Source: Prevotella sp. (GTDB taxonomy: Bacteria > Bacteroidota > Bacteroidia > Bacteroidales > Dysgonomonadaceae). Taken from it: 64,000 nucleotides of DNA. Position 1 is the stretch's first letter, and each line of letters begins with the position of its first letter. This document shows positions 41,196-50,285 of the stretch, piece by piece. A program made the translations under genes and the position numbers. Where the stretch lies: the NCBI GenBank assembly GCA_031285625.1, contig JAITVV010000093.1, positions 64,001 to 128,000 of the forward strand, in the 5' to 3' direction. The notes under the pieces were generated by a model. That model did not search any database, was not told the DNA's origin, and saw nothing but the letters and a program-made list of their open reading frames with translations.

Positions 41196-41500
41196 TATGG
41201 AAGTATTTTATGAATGGCACAGTATCTTTATGGTGATGGCCCTGCCCGCCAATCCATCACCTTTGTTCTAAAAGAAACAATATTGTATTCCGATCTTGGA
41301 GTCAATAGCTATTACTACGTTTATATCCAACATAATTTATAAGCTGGTAGTTTTTCATAGTTTGTGATTTTTTGTCTGTTTCCTAATATACAAAATGTAT
41401 AAATAATATGTAGAGTTGGGGATGGGATGGCTTATAATTCCACAATATTTTTGAGCAAATCACAAAAAATGAAGAATAAAATGTTAAAATTAAAAAAACA

Positions 41501-41526
41501 TGTAACCTTTTACCTTAATTTGCGAC
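41501..41526 (+). promoter_or_regulatory. Putative ECF (SigW-like) promoter of the ABC efflux operon
   Basis: TGTAAC-N16-CGAC about 100 nt upstream of the ATPase start. Confidence 0.45.
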
Positions 41527-41625
41527 ATATATAGAAAAAAGTTTGATACAAATATTTTCGGGTAAAATATATAACGTTAATTTTGTGCTGCAAACAATAC
41601 TATAAACTATCTAACTGCAACAAGC

Positions 41626-42321
41626 GTGATAAGGATAAAAGATTTAAACAAAACTTATTGGGGAATATCACCACTACATGTCTTGAAAGGAATCAATATG
41701 GAAGTAGAAAGAGGAGAGTTGGTGTCTATCATGGGGGCCTCGGGTTCTGGAAAATCGACTCTTCTTAATATCTTAGGTATTTTGGATACATATGATACCG
41801 GAGAATACTATTTGGATGATGTTCTTATTAAGAACTTAAGTGAAACAAAAGCAGCCGAATTAAGAAATAAAAAAATAGGATTTATATTTCAGTCATTCAA
41901 TCTGATAAGCTTCAAAAATGCTTTGGAGAATGTAGCGCTTCCTTTATACTATCAGGGCGTTTCCCGCAAAAAGCGAAATGTGATCGCCATGGAGTATCTT
42001 GAAAAAATGGGATTAGCAAGTCATGCAAACCATATGCCGAATGAATTATCGGGAGGACAAAAACAACGTGTTGCTATTGCGAGAGCATTGATCGCACAAC
42101 CTCAGATAATACTCGCCGACGAACCTACTGGAGCATTAGATAGTAAAACATCCAGAGATGTTATGGAATTACTTCGCCAGATTAACACAGATGATGGTAT
42201 AACGATGTTGGTTGTTACACATGAGCAAGCTGTTGCAGACGCTACAGATCGTGTGATTCATATTAAAGATGGTGTTATTGGTTCTATAGAAGTAAATGAA
42301 AACCCTGTAATAGCAATGTAA
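41626..42321 (+). CDS. MacB/LolD-type ABC ATPase
   Basis: GASGSGKST, LSGGQ, ADEPTGALD, VTHE; GTG start. Confidence 0.93.
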   Translation: MIRIKDLNKTYWGISPLHVLKGINMEVERGELVSIMGASGSGKSTLLNILGILDTYDTGEYYLDDVLIKNLSETKAAELRNKKIGFIFQSFNLISFKNALENVALPLYYQGVSRKKRNVIAMEYLEKMGLASHANHMPNELSGGQKQRVAIARALIAQPQIILADEPTGALDSKTSRDVMELLRQINTDDGITMLVVTHEQAVADATDRVIHIKDGVIGSIEVNENPVIAM

Positions 42322-42322
42322 T

Positions 42323-43576
42323 ATGTTTGATTTCGATTCATTACGCGAAATATTCTCTACTATCAGTAAAAACAAGTTACGAACTTTTCTTACCAGTTTT
42401 GCGGTTGCCTGGGGTATATTTATGCTTATTATTTTACTTGCGGCAGGTAATGGACTTAGAAATGGGGTTACATCAAACTTTGCACGAAGAGCTCAAAATT
42501 CGGTTACCTTATGGCCAGGATGGACTTCTATGCCATACAATGGGCTTCCTTCCGACCGGCAGATTAAATTTGACCACAAAGACTATGATCTCATAAGAAA
42601 TAAAATACCTGAAGTAGAATATGTTTCTGTAAGACTAAGTCAAAGAGCTACCCTCTCATATGAAAAAGAATATGGATCGTGGAATCTTGAAGGAGTTTCT
42701 CAGGATGCAACCTATATCAATAACCTGAAGGTCGCTAATGGGAATGGGCGCTTTCTGAATAAAATGGATATTGACAACAGGCGTAAAGTAATTGTGATAA
42801 GCCCTGACATGAAAAAAGTATTATTTAAAGATCAGGATCCAATTGATAAATATGTTGTAGCTGATAATAATATAGCTTACCAGATTATTGGTGTATATGA
42901 TAATGAAGATATATATGACAACAATCCCCCTGCATATATTCCGTTCACTACAGCACAAATGCTATATAATAAGGGATACGGATTCAGACGGATAGACTTT
43001 ACAGTCGTTGGATTAAAGACAAAGGAAGCTAACGAGAAATTTGTAGAGAGTATAAGACAGAGAATGGGCAAATTGCATAGTTTCGATCCAAGTGACAGGT
43101 CTGCTTTATATGTACGAAATACCGCAGAAGACATGCTTGAATCAGAAAATATATTCTCTACTATAACTTTTTTCATAATTATAGTTGGTGCAGCATCACT
43201 GATGGCTGGTATTGTCGGGGTAGGTAATATAATGCTTATTACAGTAAAAGAACGCACACGGGAAATAGGTATAAGGAAAGCAATTGGAGCCACACCCTTT
43301 TCGGTATTGAAACTTATCATATTTGAAGCTATTATGATTACAACTGCTGCCGGCTATATAGGTATGGTTTTGGGTATAGGTCTAACTGAATTAATCAGTA
43401 CTGCCATGGAAAATTCGCCATCAGACGGGCCTTCCGTATTTCAAAATCCGACAGTTGATTTAGCAACAGTAATATGGTCAACCTTAGCATTGATAATTGC
43501 CGGAACTGTAGCGGGTCTTATACCAGCTCTTAAAGCTACCAGAGTTAGTCCTATTGAGGCCATGAGAGCCGAATAA
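42323..43576 (+). CDS. MacB/FtsX-type ABC permease 1
   Basis: NKLRTFLT, periplasmic domain, VKERTREIGIRKAIGA. Confidence 0.92.
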   Translation: MFDFDSLREIFSTISKNKLRTFLTSFAVAWGIFMLIILLAAGNGLRNGVTSNFARRAQNSVTLWPGWTSMPYNGLPSDRQIKFDHKDYDLIRNKIPEVEYVSVRLSQRATLSYEKEYGSWNLEGVSQDATYINNLKVANGNGRFLNKMDIDNRRKVIVISPDMKKVLFKDQDPIDKYVVADNNIAYQIIGVYDNEDIYDNNPPAYIPFTTAQMLYNKGYGFRRIDFTVVGLKTKEANEKFVESIRQRMGKLHSFDPSDRSALYVRNTAEDMLESENIFSTITFFIIIVGAASLMAGIVGVGNIMLITVKERTREIGIRKAIGATPFSVLKLIIFEAIMITTAAGYIGMVLGIGLTELISTAMENSPSDGPSVFQNPTVDLATVIWSTLALIIAGTVAGLIPALKATRVSPIEAMRAE

Positions 43577-43596
43577 TATAAAAGAAACAGAAAAAT

Positions 43597-44853
43597 ATGT
43601 TTGATTTAGATAATTGGCAGGAAATATGGGCGACAATCACCCGGAATAAGCTTCGAAGCTTTTTGACTGGCTTTGGTGTCTTTTGGGGAATTTTTATGTT
43701 GATCATACTTATTGGGGTCGGCAATGGTTTTCAGGGTGGTATTATGAAGAATGTAAATGGTTTTGCCTCTAATTCATGTTTCTTCTGGACTGATGTTACA
43801 AGTGAACCATATAAAGGATTCAGGAAAGGGCGCTTCTGGTCTATGAATCGTAAAGATGTAACTTTGATCAGGCAAAAAGCACAATCTGTAGAATATATAT
43901 CCCCTGTACTATTTGGTAATAGCGGTGATAAAAATGTAGTGAGAGGCCCTAAATCAGGATCATATGGAACCAGAGGAGTTTATCCTGATCATTTTAAAAT
44001 AGAGCAGCAACATGTACTTCAGGGACGATTATTTAATGAAATAGATATCAGCGAAACCCGCAAAGTATGCGTTATCGGGAGAGAAGTATACGAGACTCTA
44101 TTTCAACCGGGAGAAAATCCCCAGGGGCAATATATTAGAGTCAACGGGATATATTTTCAGGTGATTGGCGTAATACGCCCTAAATCGAATATGTCGATAG
44201 GAGGAGACGTTGAATCCTCGGTATTTATACCGTTTACCACAATGCAGCAAGCATTCAACCAGGGAGATAAGGTTTACTTTATGGCATGTACGGCTAAACC
44301 AGGATATCCCGCATCTATAGTACAGGAAGAAGTAACCAATATTATAAAAACAGCACATGATATATCACCAACTGATGAAAAAGCTGTAGGTAGTTTCAAT
44401 ATAGAAAAACAGTTCCAGATCTTCAATAATTTGTTCATCGGAATAGATGTACTTATCTGGATTGTCGGTCTAGGGGCGCTTATGTCGGGAATTATAGGCA
44501 TTAGTAATATTATGCTGGTTACAGTACGGGAAAGAACCAGGGAAATTGGTGTACGTCGGGCTATTGGGGCTAAACCAATAACTATAGTTAAGCAAATATT
44601 AAGTGAAAGTTTTGTGCTCACAGCTATTGCTGGATTTTTAGGTTTTCTGGTTGGAGTCCTTATTCTTGAAGCCATTCATTCGGCAATGACAGGAAGTATG
44701 GATGAAGATACATTTATGATTCCTCCGTTTGTGTCTTTCGATACAGCTCTGATTGCTATGATAATACTCATTATATCAGGAATATGTGCCGGATTTATGC
44801 CAGCCATGAGAGCATTACGGATAAAAGCTATTGATGCTATTAGAGACGAATAA
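43597..44853 (+). CDS. MacB/FtsX-type ABC permease 2
   Basis: NKLRSFLT, VRERTREIGVRRAIGA. Confidence 0.92.
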   Translation: MFDLDNWQEIWATITRNKLRSFLTGFGVFWGIFMLIILIGVGNGFQGGIMKNVNGFASNSCFFWTDVTSEPYKGFRKGRFWSMNRKDVTLIRQKAQSVEYISPVLFGNSGDKNVVRGPKSGSYGTRGVYPDHFKIEQQHVLQGRLFNEIDISETRKVCVIGREVYETLFQPGENPQGQYIRVNGIYFQVIGVIRPKSNMSIGGDVESSVFIPFTTMQQAFNQGDKVYFMACTAKPGYPASIVQEEVTNIIKTAHDISPTDEKAVGSFNIEKQFQIFNNLFIGIDVLIWIVGLGALMSGIIGISNIMLVTVRERTREIGVRRAIGAKPITIVKQILSESFVLTAIAGFLGFLVGVLILEAIHSAMTGSMDEDTFMIPPFVSFDTALIAMIILIISGICAGFMPAMRALRIKAIDAIRDE

Positions 44854-44897
44854 GAAAGAAATAAACAAATATAAGATAATTATAAACTAAATATAAT

Positions 44898-46016
44898 ATG
44901 AAAAAGGTTCTTAGAATTGCGCTTATTGCAATCATAGCAATTATTGTAATCGGTACATTCGTTTTTCTTTGGAAAAAATCTCAACCTAAAAAGGTTACCT
45001 ATGAGATTACTACTGTAGAATCCGGGGATATCGAAAATACGACTGTTGCCACAGGGAAAGTATCCCCGCGCGACGAAATCTTGATTAAACCTCAGATTTC
45101 AGGTATCATTTCTGAAGTATTAAAAGAAGCAGGAGATTATGTAAACGAAGGAGACATAATTGCTACTGTGAAAGTAATACCGGAAGTAGCTCAACTTAAC
45201 ACAGCCGAATCGAGGGTAAATGTTGCACGTATTAATCTGAATCAGATCAAGGCAGAATATGACAGACAAAAACAACTTTTCGGAAAAGGAGTAATAGCCA
45301 GAGAAGAAATGGATAAGTCGGAAGCTGATTATAAAAAAGCCGTTGAAGAACTAGATAACTCTAAAGATAATCTGGATATCGTAAAAAGTGGTATTTCCAA
45401 AAAAACAGCACAATATAGTAATACTCAAATCAGGTCTACTATTACAGGTATGATATTAGATGTTCCTGTTAAAGTCGGAAACTCGGTTATTCAGGCTAAT
45501 ACATTCAATGATGGTACTACGATTGCCAGTGTAGCCAACATGAACGATATGATATTTATCGGGAAAGTAGATGAGACAGAAGTAGGCAGAATACATACAA
45601 GTATGCCAATGAAGTTATCTGTTGGGGCTATCGAAAATAAAAAATTCGATGCTACATTGGAATATATAGCTCCAAAAGGAGTGGAAGAAAATGGAGCTAT
45701 ACTATTTGAAATCAAGGCTGCCGCCCGTATTCCAGATACTGTAGTTATACGTGCAGGATACAGTGCAAATGCAGAAATAGTATTAGCTAAAGCAGAAAAA
45801 GTATTAACAATACCTGAAAGTACGATCACATTCAGTAATGATTCTGCATATGTATATATATTAAAGGATTCTCTAAACCATGAACAGACATTTGACAAAA
45901 AACATATTAAAATTGGTCTATCTGATGGCATTAGAGTTGAAGTTAAATCAGGCTTGAGTCAAGGAAACCGAATCAGAGGAAATGAAATTTCGGATAAACC
46001 TAAAGCAGGAAAATAG
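44898..46016 (+). CDS. Efflux periplasmic adaptor (MacA-like)
   Basis: N-terminal TM, lipoyl-like PQISGII, coiled hairpin, GLSDGIRVEV. Confidence 0.92.
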   Translation: MKKVLRIALIAIIAIIVIGTFVFLWKKSQPKKVTYEITTVESGDIENTTVATGKVSPRDEILIKPQISGIISEVLKEAGDYVNEGDIIATVKVIPEVAQLNTAESRVNVARINLNQIKAEYDRQKQLFGKGVIAREEMDKSEADYKKAVEELDNSKDNLDIVKSGISKKTAQYSNTQIRSTITGMILDVPVKVGNSVIQANTFNDGTTIASVANMNDMIFIGKVDETEVGRIHTSMPMKLSVGAIENKKFDATLEYIAPKGVEENGAILFEIKAAARIPDTVVIRAGYSANAEIVLAKAEKVLTIPESTITFSNDSAYVYILKDSLNHEQTFDKKHIKIGLSDGIRVEVKSGLSQGNRIRGNEISDKPKAGK

Positions 46017-46051
46017 GAATAGGAACTATACAATATAATGATATACTTATT

Positions 46052-47842
46052 ATGAAAAAAACGATAATATTCTGCGGCCTGTTATGCTTATGCCTGTCTA
46101 TACAAGCACAAACACAAACAAGAAGGAGAACATATATTGAAAAGGCTAAAGATCCAAGACCGGAACAGGTTCAAAGCCAATCAGCACAAACAGAAGAGCC
46201 TGTTCAACGTGTGACGGTTCAGGTCAAAGAAGAACCTAAAGAAGAATTACCTGCTCAGCCTGTAATAATAAGGAAGGAGCAAGAAGTTTCGACTTCTGCA
46301 GAGGTACTTCCTCAATCAAAGGAAGAGGTTGTACCGGAACAACCAATTATTCAGCAAAAAGAACCTACTCCTGTACAACCTGTAGTAGAAACCAAAAAAG
46401 AACCTGCGATCCCGGTAGAACAACCTAAGGCAGAACCAAAAAGAGAGATACCTAAAACAGTTACACCACCTGTAACTCAAAAAAAGGAAACTCCACTAGT
46501 TCAGCCTGAGCCGGATTATGCTCCAATACAAGAAGCTGTACAGGTAAAAGCACCTCTTTTTGCTCAGGGAACAGGTAAATGGACACTAAGGCAATGTGTA
46601 GATTATGCAGTTGAGAATAATATTGATCTAAGACAACAATTGTTGAAGGTTAAAAATGCAGAAATAGACCTTAGTACCACAAAGAATAGTCGTTTGCCTG
46701 ATTTAACAGCCAGTGTCGGACAAGATTTCAGCTTTGGACGGTCAACATTGGGAGATAATACTTCCCAATCAGTAAATTCAACAAGAACTTCATTTGGAGT
46801 ATCGTCAAGCACACCTATTTTTACGGGATTCAGGATTCCCAACCAAACAAAAGCTGACCAGCTAACTCTATTTTCAGTTACTGAAGGCTTGAAAAAAGCC
46901 AAAGAGAATCTTGAACTACAGGTAGTATCATTGTATCTTGATGTATTATTTAAAAAGGAAATATTAAAAGCATATCAAGAGCAAGTTGAATACAGCTATC
47001 AACAAGTAGAGCGTACTAAAATATTATTTGAATCAGGCAAGATTCCTGCATCTCAGCTTTATGATATAAATGCACAGCTTGCTAAAGATGAATTAAATGT
47101 TACAATGGCAGTCAATGATTTGGATCTGTCTTTATTAAATTTGTCACAAGCTTTAAATTTGCCGCAAACTGAAAATTTTGACATAGAAGAACCAAATCTT
47201 GGTGATGTAATTTATAATAATATTTCAAGTGTAATTCCTCCTGATCAGGTCTATAATTTGGCATTAGGTATAAAACCTCATGTAAAAGAAGCTGAGTATA
47301 AACTTCAGAGTAGTGAAAAATTACTTAAAGTAGCACAATCTGGGTATTGGCCGACATTGAGTCTTGGACTAGGCTATAGTACATCATACAGAACTGTTTC
47401 AGGACAGGATACTCCAAGTTTTGGTAAACAAATAAAGGATTATGGATCGGAGTATATCAGCTTATCTTTAAGTATTCCAATCTTTAACCGTTTTCAAACA
47501 CGTAATCAGGTCCGCAGTGCCCGTTTGAATATTGAAAACGAAACCCTAGCTCTTGATAATGTTAAACTAGCTTTATACAAAGAGATACAGCAAGCATATC
47601 AAAGTGCGACAGCTGCACAAGCAAAATACTCTTCTACAGCTAAGGCTTATGATGCCGCAGATGAGTCATTTAAATATGCGCAGGAGCGCTATGAAATAGG
47701 AAAGTCGACTGTATTTGAATTTAATGAAGCTAAAACAAAGTTATTAACCAGCAGATCTGAACAGATACAAGCAAAATATGACTTCTTATTCAGGAGTAAA
47801 ATTTTAGACTTTTATCAGGGAAAACCAATTGATATAGAGTAA
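46052..47842 (+). CDS. TolC family outer-membrane channel with a long N-terminal low-complexity extension
   Basis: TolC core from KWTLRQCVDYA (residue ~176), IPIFNRF, ERYEIG; residues 20-172 are P/E/Q/V/K-rich. Confidence 0.9.
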   Translation: MKKTIIFCGLLCLCLSIQAQTQTRRRTYIEKAKDPRPEQVQSQSAQTEEPVQRVTVQVKEEPKEELPAQPVIIRKEQEVSTSAEVLPQSKEEVVPEQPIIQQKEPTPVQPVVETKKEPAIPVEQPKAEPKREIPKTVTPPVTQKKETPLVQPEPDYAPIQEAVQVKAPLFAQGTGKWTLRQCVDYAVENNIDLRQQLLKVKNAEIDLSTTKNSRLPDLTASVGQDFSFGRSTLGDNTSQSVNSTRTSFGVSSSTPIFTGFRIPNQTKADQLTLFSVTEGLKKAKENLELQVVSLYLDVLFKKEILKAYQEQVEYSYQQVERTKILFESGKIPASQLYDINAQLAKDELNVTMAVNDLDLSLLNLSQALNLPQTENFDIEEPNLGDVIYNNISSVIPPDQVYNLALGIKPHVKEAEYKLQSSEKLLKVAQSGYWPTLSLGLGYSTSYRTVSGQDTPSFGKQIKDYGSEYISLSLSIPIFNRFQTRNQVRSARLNIENETLALDNVKLALYKEIQQAYQSATAAQAKYSSTAKAYDAADESFKYAQERYEIGKSTVFEFNEAKTKLLTSRSEQIQAKYDFLFRSKILDFYQGKPIDIE

Positions 47843-47870
47843 TAAAAGTTTAGTAGAACCATTTGTAATT

Positions 47871-47909
47871 AAAATCCGTGAATAGCCTGCTATTTCACGG
47901 ATTTTTTTT
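47871..47909 (+). terminator. Intrinsic terminator
   Basis: AAAATCCGTGAA ... TTCACGGATTTTTTTT. Confidence 0.85.
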
Positions 47910-48027
47910 GCAATAATAACATTTTTCTATAATAGATTATTCCAAATAAATATTATATTTGTATAAAGCATGAAAGCTTTTAATGATAAACAGATACCTC
48001 TAATAAAACATCAAAACATACCACACT

Positions 48028-48603
48028 ATGAAAGAGTTTTTTGCAAGTATGGATGGTGCCCAACAATTCTACTGGTACATAGCCATCGGAGCGAGTGTTA
48101 TTTTCATCATTCAAACTATTATGACCTTTATTGGAGCAGATGCCGACACTGGTGTTGATGCCGATTTTGATGGAAACCTGGATGGTGGTGATTCACCTTT
48201 TCAATTATTCTCTTTAAGGAATCTGATCAATTTTTTATTAGGATTTGGTTGGACAGGAGTATCATTATATAATCTCATTCCTAATAAAATTGTACTGGGA
48301 GTCGTTGCCCTTTTTGTTGGGATTGTGTTTATTGCTATATTTTTCTTCATAATGAGAGCCTTGATGAAACTTTCTGAAGATAATAGCTTTAAGATTGAAG
48401 AAACAATAGGAAAAACCGCAGATGTATACCTCACTATACCGGCAGCCAAAAGTGGAAAAGGCAAAATCTTCATCAGTGTAAAAGGCTCTACACACGAACT
48501 ATCTGCCATAACCGCTGATATGGCGGAGATAAAGAATGGAACACTGGTAAAGGTTATAGGAATAGAAGGGGATATTCTGGTAGTAACACCTTTGAGTTTA
48601 TAA
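48028..48603 (+). CDS. NfeD-like membrane protein
   Basis: TM segments plus C-terminal OB-fold (IGKTADVYLTIP, GKI), directly upstream of flotillin. Confidence 0.8.
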   Translation: MKEFFASMDGAQQFYWYIAIGASVIFIIQTIMTFIGADADTGVDADFDGNLDGGDSPFQLFSLRNLINFLLGFGWTGVSLYNLIPNKIVLGVVALFVGIVFIAIFFFIMRALMKLSEDNSFKIEETIGKTADVYLTIPAAKSGKGKIFISVKGSTHELSAITADMAEIKNGTLVKVIGIEGDILVVTPLSL

Positions 48604-48630
48604 ACTAATTAAAATTAAGATATAGAAATT

Positions 48631-50208
48631 ATGGAAGGATTATTTGAAGGATACAGTGTTCTTTTTATAGCACTGATCGTTGTTCTTTTTGTTCTTGTTA
48701 TGACGATGGTATCGAGATATAAGCGATGCCCATCTGACAAGATACTAGTTGTATATGGAAAAACGGGAGGCACATCAGCCAAATGTATTCATGGTGGTGG
48801 AGCTTTTATTATCCCGGTTATTCAGGATTTTGCATACCTGGATCTGAAGCCGATATCGATTGAAGCAAACCTCACAAGTGCTTTGAGTAAGCAAAATATT
48901 CGTGTAGATGTACCATGTCGCTTTACAATAGCCATTTCTACCGAAAAAGAGAATATGAATAATGCAGCTGAAAGATTGTTAGGATTAACTACTTCTCAGA
49001 TACAAGAGTTAGCAAAGGATATTCTTTTTGGTCAATTACGTCTGGTAATTGCCACCATGATGATTGAAGAGATTAATTCGGACAGGGATAAATTTCTGGA
49101 TAACATATCTAAGAATGTTGATACAGAGTTACGTAAAATCGGTTTAAAACTGATAAATGTAAATGTAACCGACATTAATGATGAATCAGGTTATATAGAA
49201 GCACTAGGTAAAGAAGCAGCTGCAAAAGCTATAAATGAGGCCAAAGTAAGTGTTGCAGAACAAGAGAAAATAGGAGAAACAGGAAAAGCTGTAGCAGACA
49301 GAATGCGGGATGTTCAGATTGCCGAAACTCATAGAGATAGAGATGTTTCTATTGCTATGGCACAAAAAGACAAAGAAGTTAGCATAGCTGGTGCATTCAG
49401 AGACGAATCTATTGGTAAAGCCGAAGCAGACAGAGATACACGTGTAAAAACTGCAGAAGCAAATGCGATAGCAGTAAAAGGAGAAAATACGGCGAAGATA
49501 GAAATTGCCGGATCGGATGCCTTACGCCGCGAGAAAGAAGCAGAAGCCGCAAGACTGGCTGTAGCTGCAGAGAAGGTGCAACAAGCTAAGGCTCTCGAAG
49601 AAGCTTATGTAGCAGAACAAAAAGCCGAGTTGGCCCGTTCGGAAAGAGAACGCTCTACACAGATTGCCAACGTGGTAGTTCCTGCCGAAATAGAAAAACA
49701 AAAGATGATAATCGAAGCTCAGGCAGTTGCGGAACGAGTAAGAGAACAGGCTAAAGGTGAAGCTGATGCTATATTCGCTAAAATGGATGCAGAAGCCCGC
49801 GGTTTATTCGAAATACTATCAAAACAAGCTGAAGGTTACAAAGGTGTTGTTAATGCCGCCGGAGGTGATCCTGTTGCCGCATACCAATTATTATTGATTG
49901 AAAAATTACCCGAATTGGTTAAAACGCAGGTTGAAGCAATCAAAAACCTTAAGATCGATAAGATTACAGTTTGGGATTCTCCGGGAAGTAATACGAATGG
50001 CAATACCACAACTGCTAACTTTGTATCGGGTCTGATGAAGTCTGTACCACCATTGAATGATTTATTCAATATGGCGGGCATGGCTCTTCCTTCATATCTG
50101 AAAGGCGACGCAGAGAGTGCAGGAGTGACAATACCTTTAGCCCCTACTGTTGAAGATGAAAAAAATTCATCAAAAGGGACACCTAAAGGAAAAGATAAAA
50201 AAGAGTAA
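48631..50208 (+). CDS. Flotillin (SPFH domain protein)
   Basis: TM, SPFH domain (GGGAFIIPVIQD), AEA-rich coiled coil, IDKITVWD. Confidence 0.92.
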   Translation: MEGLFEGYSVLFIALIVVLFVLVMTMVSRYKRCPSDKILVVYGKTGGTSAKCIHGGGAFIIPVIQDFAYLDLKPISIEANLTSALSKQNIRVDVPCRFTIAISTEKENMNNAAERLLGLTTSQIQELAKDILFGQLRLVIATMMIEEINSDRDKFLDNISKNVDTELRKIGLKLINVNVTDINDESGYIEALGKEAAAKAINEAKVSVAEQEKIGETGKAVADRMRDVQIAETHRDRDVSIAMAQKDKEVSIAGAFRDESIGKAEADRDTRVKTAEANAIAVKGENTAKIEIAGSDALRREKEAEAARLAVAAEKVQQAKALEEAYVAEQKAELARSERERSTQIANVVVPAEIEKQKMIIEAQAVAERVREQAKGEADAIFAKMDAEARGLFEILSKQAEGYKGVVNAAGGDPVAAYQLLLIEKLPELVKTQVEAIKNLKIDKITVWDSPGSNTNGNTTTANFVSGLMKSVPPLNDLFNMAGMALPSYLKGDAESAGVTIPLAPTVEDEKNSSKGTPKGKDKKE

Positions 50209-50236
50209 AGGACAAAACATGTCTTGTGATAAAAGT

Positions 50237-50266
50237 AAAAGCCCGCAAAATATTGCGGGCTTTTTT
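50237..50266. terminator. Bidirectional terminator between convergent genes
   Basis: AAAAGCCCGCAA-AATA-TTGCGGGCTTTTTT. Confidence 0.85.
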
Positions 50267-50285
50267 ATGGATTATATTAAATCAT

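Noticed and set aside
41232-41261. GGTGATGG...CCATCACC hairpin that starts like a fluoride riboswitch
   Set aside because: P1 would be weak, no pseudoknot partner follows, and it sits just downstream of the SMR gene; more likely a terminator or stabilising hairpin
41190-41358. Minus-strand reading frame starting MKNYQLINY with two in-frame TGA codons
   Set aside because: No recognisable homology, promoter or recoding signal
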